Origin: Armatimonadota bacterium
Lineage (GTDB): Bacteria; Vulcanimicrobiota; JACPDS01; JBDRKI01
Direction of reading: 5' to 3'
DNA: 14,566 nucleotides
Assembly (NCBI GenBank): GCA_043814095.1
Contig: JBDRKI010000084.1
Coordinates: 1-14,566 of the forward strand
The position numbers and the translations under genes were made by a program. Each line of letters opens with the position of its first letter. Position 1 is the first letter of the stretch. Below are positions 6,233 through 14,528 of this stretch, in pieces. The notes below the pieces were generated by a model. That model saw only the letters and a list, made by a program, of their open reading frames with translations. It was not told where the DNA came from and made no database searches.

Positions 6233-8596
6233 CTAACTTTTTTCAAGAAACTGGTTTATCGTAAACAGAAGAGCTTCTTCTTCAAAAGGTTTAACCAAAT
6301 ACCCTTCCGCACCCATAGCGAAAGCTCTTTTCGCGTCATCTTCATACCCTAAAGCTGTAAGCATTATAACGGGGATGGAGGATGTCTGGGTGTCTTTTTT
6401 AATTCTCCTGCATACCTCAAAACCGTCCATATCCGGCATCATAATATCAAGAAGCACCAGCTGGGGCCTGTACTGTTTTATTTTATCCAGCGCCTCTTTT
6501 CCGTCATTTGCCGTTATAACGCTGAAATTATGAGTCTCAAGCCGCATCTTAATCGTAGCGCAGAGATCCGGTTCGTCATCAACAACCATAATAATTTTTT
6601 TGTCGGTCTCCCTGGAAGCATATTCCGCGGGCACAGTAAAACTGAACTTACTGCCCCTGCCAATCTCGGACTCAACCCATATCCTGCCCCCGTGAAGCTC
6701 TACAATCTGCTTGGAAACGGCAAGCCCAAGCCCCGTACCGCTTACTTTTCTTGTGATGGAGCTGTCAACCTGATGAAATTTCTGGAAGAGATTGTTTATG
6801 TCTTTCTGTTCAATGCCGGGGCCGGAATCAATAACGGAAACCTGGATATAATTTTTATCAGATCCGTAAAAATCCGTCTCTACGGTTATTTCTCCTTTAT
6901 CGGGGGTAAATTTAATGGCATTTGATATAAGGTTTGCGAAAACCTGGGTTATCCTGTCTTTGTCTATGTGAATTTCCGGGAGATCTTTCTGAGTTTTTGC
7001 TCCCAGATTTATATCTTTGTTTTTCGCGATAGTTTTGAAAGTCGCAACTGTTTCTTCCGCTACTTCATTTATACTGTTTAATTCTTTCTTTAATTCCATC
7101 TTTCCCGATTCAATCTTAGAAAGATCCAGCAGGTTATTAACAAGGTTGGCAAGCCGGTCAATGTTGCGCTTCGCGATCTGCAGGAAATTTTTCTGTTTTT
7201 CGTTTATCTCCCCTGTTGCCCCGTCAAAAACAAGCGTGACGGCTTCTTTTATTGATGCCAGTGGCGTTCTGAGCTCATGAGATGTTATGGATATGAAATC
7301 GGTTTTTACCCTGTCCATCTCTTTTTCTTTGGTAATATCATTTAAAACAACCACAAATCCCTTGACCTCGCCAAGATGGTCGCTTATCCTGGCCATATTC
7401 GCCTTTACAATTCTCTCAATGCCGTCCATGGGATTTATGATATTTATCTCTTTTGTCAAAAAGACACCCTGCTGTTTTGCCATTGATATGATCATAAGCT
7501 TAAGCTGGTCCTGGGGTATTACATCATTTATGCTTTTCCCCATAACATTTTCTGTTTTTATACCGAGAAAGGTCTCTGTCAGGGGATTTGCAAGCAGAAT
7601 CCTGCTTTCCTTGTCCATAACAAGCACAGCGCTTGTCATGCTCCGGAGAACAGCTTCAAATGTGTTTCTCTCTCCGACTATTATCTGCCTTATACGGTCA
7701 TTCTCAAGAAAAAGAGAAAGCTGTCCGGCTATAATCTTTAAAAAATCCTCGTCCCCTACCGAAAAACCGCTGTCATGGTAAAATACAAGCCCCATCAGTC
7801 CGAAAGCCCTGTCCGCTGTAGCAAGAGGGGTAGTAAAAAAACTGCCTGTGGCCGGATCTTTATGAATTTTTGCACCTGAGGGCACTGGAAGCTTCTCTAC
7901 GCTTACCGGAATATCTCCGGGCTCTACTTCATCCTTTATAAACTCGGAAAAACGACTTGCCATTATGAGGCGGACTTCTTCTTTTACCTCGGGCTGAACG
8001 GATTCACTTGAAATAAGAACAAGGTTTTTTTGATCTTCGTCAACAAGAAGAAGCGCGAAAACATAAAAATCAAGTTTTTTCTTTAAAAATGAACAGATAA
8101 AAGAAGCAACATTTCTGGAATCAAGCGCGGACGAGAAAGTTTTGGATGCTTCATTTAAAATTGAAAGTTCAAGAATTTTATCATCAAGCTTTTTATTTGT
8201 TTCTTCTACCAGTTTTAAGTATTTCTGGGTAACTTTCGCGGTTGTTTCAACTTTCAAAAGGCGCTCGGTTTCCCTTGAAAGTTCCAGCATAAAATGCATG
8301 GATTCTTTATCCATTACCGTAGTATTCGGGGAAACAACATCTTTGAGCGCTTTTATAAAGCTCGCGGAGCCGGAAGTTTCTATAATCAGGTTAAGATCCT
8401 GTTTCTTGGCAAGCTCCAGCGCCTTTAAATCCGTATTTATGCCGTATTTCTTTGCTTCTTCAAGGCCCGGAGCGTCTTTATTCTCATCGGCCACGCCTAT
8501 AATATTAAACCCTTCTATGGTTGATAAAGTTTTTATTATCGGCACGGAATTTTCTCCCGCCCCGATTACTGCTATATTTATTTTACCCGTTGTCAT
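6233..8596 (-). CDS. Cytoplasmic hybrid sensor histidine kinase: Rossmann-like - coiled coil - GAF - PAS - HisKA - HATPase_c - REC
   Basis: SHELRTPL, NLISNAIKFT, VIDSGPGI, LFQKF, GTGLGLAV, REC VVDDE/VLLDIMMP/KPF; PAS ending NDIT; GAF ending FSVGDEDFLKIIAGQLSLFLEN. ATG at 8596 is preferred over GTG at 8602 because the AGGAG SD (8610-8606) is 9 nt from it versus 3 nt. Confidence 0.95.
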   Translation of the reverse strand: MTTGKINIAVIGAGENSVPIIKTLSTIEGFNIIGVADENKDAPGLEEAKKYGINTDLKALELAKKQDLNLIIETSGSASFIKALKDVVSPNTTVMDKESMHFMLELSRETERLLKVETTAKVTQKYLKLVEETNKKLDDKILELSILNEASKTFSSALDSRNVASFICSFLKKKLDFYVFALLLVDEDQKNLVLISSESVQPEVKEEVRLIMASRFSEFIKDEVEPGDIPVSVEKLPVPSGAKIHKDPATGSFFTTPLATADRAFGLMGLVFYHDSGFSVGDEDFLKIIAGQLSLFLENDRIRQIIVGERNTFEAVLRSMTSAVLVMDKESRILLANPLTETFLGIKTENVMGKSINDVIPQDQLKLMIISMAKQQGVFLTKEINIINPMDGIERIVKANMARISDHLGEVKGFVVVLNDITKEKEMDRVKTDFISITSHELRTPLASIKEAVTLVFDGATGEINEKQKNFLQIAKRNIDRLANLVNNLLDLSKIESGKMELKKELNSINEVAEETVATFKTIAKNKDINLGAKTQKDLPEIHIDKDRITQVFANLISNAIKFTPDKGEITVETDFYGSDKNYIQVSVIDSGPGIEQKDINNLFQKFHQVDSSITRKVSGTGLGLAVSKQIVELHGGRIWVESEIGRGSKFSFTVPAEYASRETDKKIIMVVDDEPDLCATIKMRLETHNFSVITANDGKEALDKIKQYRPQLVLLDIMMPDMDGFEVCRRIKKDTQTSSIPVIMLTALGYEDDAKRAFAMGAEGYLVKPFEEEALLFTINQFLEKS

Positions 8597-8623
8597 AAAC
8601 ACAATCTCCTTAATAGACCTGTC

Positions 8624-9229
8624 TTATTCTTTTTTCATCTTGTCCAGAAGCTTGGAAAGCGACTCGTGATCGGGGATAAAAACAAAATACCCTTTAACCT
8701 GTTTTGTTGACTCCACAAATTCAGTTGTTATGGATAGGGTTTTTACGTCTTCTTTCATCATCTCATCAAATATTCCCTCTATAACATAACCAGCCCAGTC
8801 AAAAACAAACTTCGGTACTGATAACACTACCCTTAAAGAAGCTATTTCACTTAGCGCGTTAACATAGGAAGCGGCAAGTATATTACCTACTTCCTTAAGA
8901 GAGGATACACCCATCTCCGACACCATAAGGGCTTTATCTTTTCCTTCATAAAGAAGCGTATCTATAAGCTTTACTGCGTCTTTTCTCCTAAAAAACAGGA
9001 ATATACTCCCTTTAAGATCTCCTAAAACCTGAAGGTATACCGCGGCCCCGAGCATATCCGTCCCGCCCACAAGCTGGGCAAAATTCTGGGAAGAGGCAAC
9101 CTCCACCCTTATAACTGCGATATTAACCCTCTCGCCTATAAGCTGGCTTAAGGCCAGAGCCGCGTGCTGTGAACCCAAACTTCCGGCTTCTTTCAAGGCC
9201 GCTACTTGATCCCTGTCTAATTTTATCAT
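8624..9229 (-). CDS. cheC: CheC-family phosphatase, third copy
   Basis: ALKEAGSLGSQHAALALSQL; second site SSLKEVGNILAASYVNALS...SVP; C-terminal TEF..GYFVFIPD. Confidence 0.88.
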   Translation of the reverse strand: MIKLDRDQVAALKEAGSLGSQHAALALSQLIGERVNIAVIRVEVASSQNFAQLVGGTDMLGAAVYLQVLGDLKGSIFLFFRRKDAVKLIDTLLYEGKDKALMVSEMGVSSLKEVGNILAASYVNALSEIASLRVVLSVPKFVFDWAGYVIEGIFDEMMKEDVKTLSITTEFVESTKQVKGYFVFIPDHESLSKLLDKMKKE

Positions 9230-9245
9230 CTAAAATCTCCTTTGC

Positions 9246-9860
9246 TTATTTATCAGCTACACCCAGTGCTTTTATAATTAAACTAAGACTGTTTACCTCG
9301 GGTACAAGAAGAAAAAATCCCTTTATTTTATTATTAGTCTCTATAAATTCGGTTTCTATGCAGAAAACCGTCTCAAACCGTTTAGAAATATCTTCAAGAA
9401 TTTTTCCGGATACTTCTTCTATCGCGCCGGAAGCAAGTACCGGCACCGAAGGTATAATAGAAAGCTCCAGAAGGCTTCCTATGGCATCAAGATACGAGAA
9501 GGTAAGAATGCTCCCGAGTTCTTTAAGAGCTGATTCTTCTAAATCCGAAAGCTTTACCGTTGTGCCTAACTCCTGCTTCTGGAGAACATCAACAAGGGCA
9601 AAAGCGTCTTTTTCCGCCAACACCAGAAGCACTCCTCCCCTTATATCACCGAGCATGTTCATGCTTACAACAACGGTTTTTTTGTTAAAACCGTTAAGCA
9701 CCTTGCATATATCACATACAGGAAAAATATCCAGACTGCTTACCGTTATCATAATAGTTTTATCAACTATCTGGGAAAGCGCCGTCGCCGCATGGCCTGC
9801 CCCTATATTCCCCACTTCCCTTAACGCTCCCAGCTGCATTTCCGATAATTTTATTTCCAT
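9246..9860 (-). CDS. cheC: CheC-family phosphatase, second copy
   Basis: ALREVGNIGAGHAATALSQ; SALKELGSIL..SYL.AI...PSVP; IETEF..GFFLLVP. Confidence 0.92.
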   Translation of the reverse strand: MEIKLSEMQLGALREVGNIGAGHAATALSQIVDKTIMITVSSLDIFPVCDICKVLNGFNKKTVVVSMNMLGDIRGGVLLVLAEKDAFALVDVLQKQELGTTVKLSDLEESALKELGSILTFSYLDAIGSLLELSIIPSVPVLASGAIEEVSGKILEDISKRFETVFCIETEFIETNNKIKGFFLLVPEVNSLSLIIKALGVADK

Positions 9861-9881
9861 ACCGCAACTCCCTTATTTAAA

Positions 9882-10493
9882 TTACATTCCCAGTTTTTCC
9901 AGAATAAGTTTAAGCCCGCCTGAGGTAGGCAGAAAGAGCAGCTGCCCCTTTATTGAATGTGTTTTGACGCTGAACTCTGTTTCAATCGCCATGGCCTCAT
10001 CAAATTCCATACCCATCTCAACCAGTATATTGTCTATTATTGAGCCCAGCATATCCTGGAAATAAACAGGCGGGGTATATGTAAATTTAATTTTAACAAT
10101 CTGGGCTATGGCTTTTATATAACATCCTATAACTATATTTGTAAGCTCTTTTAATGCGGACTGCCCCAGCTCGCTAAGCTCTCCCTTGCTGTCATGCCCG
10201 TCGCCTATAAGAGTATCAGCTAATCTTACAGCTTCTTCTTTTGAACATATCAACAAAAAATAACCCGTTAAATCCTTGAGGATGCGAACACAAACAACAT
10301 CCACTAAGCTCTCAAGCCCCCCCAGAACTTCGGGTATGTCTTCGAGCGCCACAACTTTTGCGTCCGGCATGGAAATATTTATTCTCTTGCCGAGAAGCTG
10401 TGCTAACGCCGTTGCCGCGTTTCCCGAAGCGATAGAGCTTACTTCCTTTAAAGCGTCAATCTGCATATCCGTTAATTTTAAACCGTCTTCCAT
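9882..10493 (-). CDS. cheC: CheC-family phosphatase, first copy
   Basis: DALKEVSSIASGNAATALAQLL; SALKELTNI...TPP; DMLGSI; IETEF. Start moved to ATG 10493 (AGGAG SD 7 nt upstream; removes the overlap with cheA). Confidence 0.92.
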   Translation of the reverse strand: MEDGLKLTDMQIDALKEVSSIASGNAATALAQLLGKRINISMPDAKVVALEDIPEVLGGLESLVDVVCVRILKDLTGYFLLICSKEEAVRLADTLIGDGHDSKGELSELGQSALKELTNIVIGCYIKAIAQIVKIKFTYTPPVYFQDMLGSIIDNILVEMGMEFDEAMAIETEFSVKTHSIKGQLLFLPTSGGLKLILEKLGM

Positions 10494-10509
10494 AAAAAAA
10501 CTCCTTTGC

Positions 10510-12507
10510 CTACAGGATTGTCGGCACATCTATAATCAAGGCCACGGTACCGTCGCCCAGGATTGTAGCGCCTGCTACCCCTTTCATTGATTTAAGTTCG
10601 CCTTCCAGTATTTTTATAACTACTTCCTGTTTGCCCACAAATTCCTCTACTATAAGGCCTGCCTTCTTATGACCGGACTCTACAACCACCACTGGCATTC
10701 TGCCTTTTCTTTCCAGGGCTTCTTTCGTCCTGGGAGGCGCAAACCCGAATTTTTCATCCAACCTTACAAGAGGCAGTACCTCATCGCGGTAAGAAATTAC
10801 CTCATGATGCTCCATGGTTTTTACTGTTTCCCCGTCTATATCTATAACTTCCGAAATATTCCTTAAAGGAACAACATAAACTTCATTCGCAACCCTTATC
10901 AAAATAGACTGCTGTATGGCAACGCTCACGGGGAGCTTTAAAATAAACTTTGTACCTTTGCCCTGCTCGGTATATATATTAAGAGAACCGCCAAACGCCT
11001 CTACTTTAGTCTTCACCGTGCTCATGCCCACACCGCGGCCCGAAGTCTCCGTTACTTCTTCTGCCGTAGAAAAACCGGCAGATGTAATAAGCATAATAGC
11101 TTCCTGATCATCCATGGCCTTGGCTTCGTCTTCGGTTATAATATTCATCTTAACGGCTTTTTCTTTAACCTTATCAATATTTATCCCCGCACCGTCATCG
11201 GAAAGCTCTATCAATATGAAGTTGCCTTCTTTTTTTGCAACAAGCTTCACATGGCCCGCTGCGGACTTGCCCCTTGTTATTCTTTCATTGGGAGGTTCAA
11301 TGCCGTGATTAACGGCATTTCTTAAAAGATGTATTAAAGGATCGTTTATCTCATCCAGTATTGTTCTGTCCAAACCAATCTCGGCGCCTTCTATTTTAAA
11401 TGATATATCCTTGCCCTCTTCTTGAGACAGGTCCCTTACCATCCTCGGAAAACGGTCAAAAATATAACCTATGGGGACAAGGCGGATATTTGTCATCTCA
11501 TCCTGAAGTTCATTGCTTAACCTGTCAAGCTGGGAGAGAGATTCATTTAAGGATTTATCCTGCAGGAATTTATTTATTCTCATTAACCTTATCTTGTTTA
11601 TTATTAGCTCGCCGACAAGGTTCATAAGGCTATCAAGACGCTCCACGGGAACCCTTACGGTTCTTGCTTCAAATTGTTTCTTTTCGGAAGTATCACTATC
11701 AGATACTTCTTCGCGTATGGTTGTAATTTTATCAATATCCAGCGGACCGATCTCTACTTTCTCAATTTCCGGTATTTCTTCTGTCATTTTCTTTATTTTT
11801 TCCGTATCGGACCCGCTCATTAAAAAGAAACCGAAATGCCTCCCGAAGCCTCCTGTTTTTACCTGGTTTTCTACTGACTTTTCATTAAGAATACTGCCTA
11901 CTTCTTTTATCTTCTTCAGAGCCATAAAAATTCTTACCTGGGGCATCTGGCATCCCCTTATAAGAGTCACTGTAACACTATAGGTAAAAATTCCTTTTTT
12001 AGCAGCTTTTACAATATCTTCCCTGTTTTTATCCGTTAAATTAAATAACGAATCCGCCGAAAAACTTGTTTCTCCCCCCGAAACCCTTTCACACATGTTT
12101 TTCGTATAATCTTCAAGAGCGCCCTTTGCGGAAGAGATTCTTTCCTTATGTTTTTTATCTTTTGCATCGATATTTCTTTCTTTTTCATCGGTTATGGAAA
12201 CATTTTCTATTAATTCTTCAAGAAGGTCGAAAGACTCAAACAATAAACTTACAATGCCTTTATCAGGATAAAGCGCGCCTGTCTTGAAAAGTTCCAGTAC
12301 GCTTTCCACCGAATGAGCAAGAAGAACTATATTATCATATCCCATACTTCCGGCCATGCCCTTTATTGTATGGGCCTGCCTGAATATTTCGTATAAAACT
12401 TCCTTATTGTCCGGTGCTTTTTCCAGATCAATTAAAAGTTTGTTTAATCTAGACAAAATCTCATTGGATTCACTTATAAACAGTTCTTTATATTCCGATG
12501 CTTCCAT
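10510..12507 (-). CDS. cheA: Chemotaxis histidine kinase CheA (P1-P2-P3-P4-P5)
   Basis: Hpt FRQAHTIKGM (His46), TVRV..ERLDSLMNLVGEL, DPLIHLLRNAVNHGIE, DDGAGI, GFST, SGRGVGM, CheW-like GATILGDGTVALIID. Confidence 0.98.
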   Translation of the reverse strand: MEASEYKELFISESNEILSRLNKLLIDLEKAPDNKEVLYEIFRQAHTIKGMAGSMGYDNIVLLAHSVESVLELFKTGALYPDKGIVSLLFESFDLLEELIENVSITDEKERNIDAKDKKHKERISSAKGALEDYTKNMCERVSGGETSFSADSLFNLTDKNREDIVKAAKKGIFTYSVTVTLIRGCQMPQVRIFMALKKIKEVGSILNEKSVENQVKTGGFGRHFGFFLMSGSDTEKIKKMTEEIPEIEKVEIGPLDIDKITTIREEVSDSDTSEKKQFEARTVRVPVERLDSLMNLVGELIINKIRLMRINKFLQDKSLNESLSQLDRLSNELQDEMTNIRLVPIGYIFDRFPRMVRDLSQEEGKDISFKIEGAEIGLDRTILDEINDPLIHLLRNAVNHGIEPPNERITRGKSAAGHVKLVAKKEGNFILIELSDDGAGINIDKVKEKAVKMNIITEDEAKAMDDQEAIMLITSAGFSTAEEVTETSGRGVGMSTVKTKVEAFGGSLNIYTEQGKGTKFILKLPVSVAIQQSILIRVANEVYVVPLRNISEVIDIDGETVKTMEHHEVISYRDEVLPLVRLDEKFGFAPPRTKEALERKGRMPVVVVESGHKKAGLIVEEFVGKQEVVIKILEGELKSMKGVAGATILGDGTVALIIDVPTIL

Positions 12508-12525
12508 TTATAAGACGCTCCTTCC

Positions 12526-13575
12526 TTAAGCTTGTACCGACCTTACAATCTCCGCGGCCATAAAATCAAGCTGGACTGTTTTATCTACAACTTCCGCTTT
12601 AATGGCTGATAAAGGCATCCCGAAAATAACCGCGGTTTTCGGGTCCTCGGCAATAGTCCTGCCTCCGTAAAGCTTAATGGCTTTCAATCCTTCCGTGCCG
12701 TCAGAACCCATGCCGGTAAGAACAACCCCTATATTCCGGTTCCCGTAAACTTCCGCGGCTGAGCGCATTGTGACATTAGCACAGGGCCTTACCCCCTGCT
12801 CGGAATGAGTTTTTAAAAGCTTTATAACTCCGTTCCCTTTTTCATTTTTAATGACAGCCATATGATAGTCTCCGGGGGCTATATAGGCAGTCCCTGCTAA
12901 AATCTCATCCCCTTCTTCGGCTTCTTTAACCCTGATCTTAGACTCCGTATCCAGGCGCCCGGCCAGCGCTTTCGTAAATCCCGCCGGCATATGCTGAACA
13001 ACCAGAATAGGGGCCTGTATGTCTTTGGGAAGCTTTGACAATATCTCGCTTAATGCTTTAGGACCGCCGGTTGACGCGGCTATGACGACCACCTTTTTTA
13101 TTTCAACTTTAGGAAGCGCGGGTTCCGGCGCTTTCTTCTCAGGGAGAAGTTTAAGCTTCATCCTGCTGACATCAACAGTTGCCGCCAGTTTCACCTTAGA
13201 TATAATCTCCTGGGCAATATTCTCAATATCCAGGGAGATAACACCTGAAGGTTTTATTATAAAGTCAACGGCACCGAATTCAAGCGCTTTTAACGTATGC
13301 TCTCCTTTATATTCCACATAACCTGTTATAATAATTACCGGGGTCGGACATTCACTCATGATATACCCTAAACAGGTTATCCCGTCCATCTTGGGAAGCT
13401 CTATATCAAGAGTAACAACATCGGGTTTTAACTGTTCTACAAGCTTAAAGGCCTGATCCCCGTCCCTGGCTGTGCCTACTACTTCTATTTTATCATCTGA
13501 ATTTAATATATTGGATATACGCTTCCGCATCAACGCAGAATCATCTACAACCAAGACGCGTATAATACCGCTCAT
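12526..13575 (-). CDS. cheB: Chemotaxis response regulator protein-glutamate methylesterase CheB
   Basis: REC (VVDDS, VTLDIELP) plus methylesterase triad motifs ASTGGP, VQHMP, LTGMGSDG. Confidence 0.98.
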   Translation of the reverse strand: MSGIIRVLVVDDSALMRKRISNILNSDDKIEVVGTARDGDQAFKLVEQLKPDVVTLDIELPKMDGITCLGYIMSECPTPVIIITGYVEYKGEHTLKALEFGAVDFIIKPSGVISLDIENIAQEIISKVKLAATVDVSRMKLKLLPEKKAPEPALPKVEIKKVVVIAASTGGPKALSEILSKLPKDIQAPILVVQHMPAGFTKALAGRLDTESKIRVKEAEEGDEILAGTAYIAPGDYHMAVIKNEKGNGVIKLLKTHSEQGVRPCANVTMRSAAEVYGNRNIGVVLTGMGSDGTEGLKAIKLYGGRTIAEDPKTAVIFGMPLSAIKAEVVDKTVQLDFMAAEIVRSVQA

Positions 13576-13611
13576 ATTACCGCCTTTTTAATCATAATTT
13601 ATATATAAAAA

Positions 13612-13974
13612 TCAACCTATTATTCTTTTAACTTCTTCCAAAACGCCTTCTTCCTTAAAAGGCTTTATGATAAAGCCTTTTGCTCCGGCCTGCACTGCTT
13701 CGATTATAAGGGCTTGCTGGCCCATTGCCGATACCATAAGAACATTAGTGCCGGGGAATTTAGCTATGATATCCCTGGTGGCATCAATACCGCTCTTGCC
13801 TGCCATGACTATATCCATTGTTATAAGATCGGGCTTAAGCTGTTCGCGTTTGGTAAGCGCCTCTTCGCCTGTCTCAGCTTCCCCTACCACCTCATAACCG
13901 TTCTTTATAAGGATATCGCGAAGCTTCATCCTCATAAAAGCAGCATCATCCACTATCAGTATTTTTTTTGCCAT
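13612..13974 (-). CDS. cheY: Chemotaxis response regulator CheY (Bacillus/Thermotoga/archaeal type)
   Basis: KILIVDDAAFMRM.L, PDLITMDIVM, MVSAMGQQ, AGAKGFIIKPF; SD GGAGG. Confidence 0.95.
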   Translation of the reverse strand: MAKKILIVDDAAFMRMKLRDILIKNGYEVVGEAETGEEALTKREQLKPDLITMDIVMAGKSGIDATRDIIAKFPGTNVLMVSAMGQQALIIEAVQAGAKGFIIKPFKEEGVLEEVKRIIG

Positions 13975-13983
13975 ATCAGCCTC

Positions 13984-14523
13984 CTATAATTTCCATTCCC
14001 TTACTTTGCCGTCTACCATTTTTACTTCAACCTTACCTGTTTTTACATAAAGCAGGACGGTCCGGCCCGAGTGGCCGCCTGTATCTTCCGCTTTTAACTC
14101 TATCCCCCTCGCGGCAAGTTCGCCTTTCGCCGATTCTATATTTCTTTCCCCTATATTTAAGATAGTTTCTTTATAAAAAAGGTTGGGGAACATATTAGCC
14201 CCCCCGAAAATACCCGCTTTAATATTCTTGCTTTTACTCCCCCAGCTTTCCATTTTTTTCAGCATAACTTCTACAGCCGTATCTGCATACTTCCCCTTTT
14301 TAGATACCACCTTCTCGGAAATTTTCGCCTTCCTGCTTGTCGGGAGCATCACATGAGCCGCGCCGCCTATTTTAGACGTTCTGTCATAGAACACAACTGC
14401 CAGACATGACCCCAGCCCCGGGCATATTAAAACTTCCGAATTCCTCGCAACCCTGTACTGCGATATTCCCAATCTTATATTATGCGTTATTTTATTTTCA
14501 GCAATGGCATCATTTTCAAACAT
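13984..14523 (-). CDS. cheD: Chemoreceptor glutamine deamidase CheD
   Basis: GLGSCLAV (catalytic Cys), AAHVMLP (His), GKYAD, FGGANMF, IGERN, EDTGG..GR; exact start uncertain (no clear SD). Confidence 0.95.
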   Translation of the reverse strand: MFENDAIAENKITHNIRLGISQYRVARNSEVLICPGLGSCLAVVFYDRTSKIGGAAHVMLPTSRKAKISEKVVSKKGKYADTAVEVMLKKMESWGSKSKNIKAGIFGGANMFPNLFYKETILNIGERNIESAKGELAARGIELKAEDTGGHSGRTVLLYVKTGKVEVKMVDGKVREWKL

Positions 14524-14528
14524 AATAA

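Noticed and set aside
9169-10065. 298-aa plus-strand ORF, and other antisense ORFs such as 838-1215, 2100-2564, 7287-7781, 8142-8669, 11513-11983
   Set aside because: They lie opposite well-supported genes, are Ser/Ile/Phe/Leu-rich shadow translations and show no recognisable motifs.
10494-10529. Longer N-terminus MCRQSCRQRSFF for the first CheC
   Set aside because: It overlaps the cheA 3' end; ATG 10493 has a well-spaced AGGAG SD and matches paralog lengths.
11299-11322. CheA N-box reads RNAVNHG instead of the usual RNAVDHG
   Set aside because: The key Asn, His, G1, F and G2 motifs and the P1 His are intact; a single substitution at this position is not enough to call CheA inactive.
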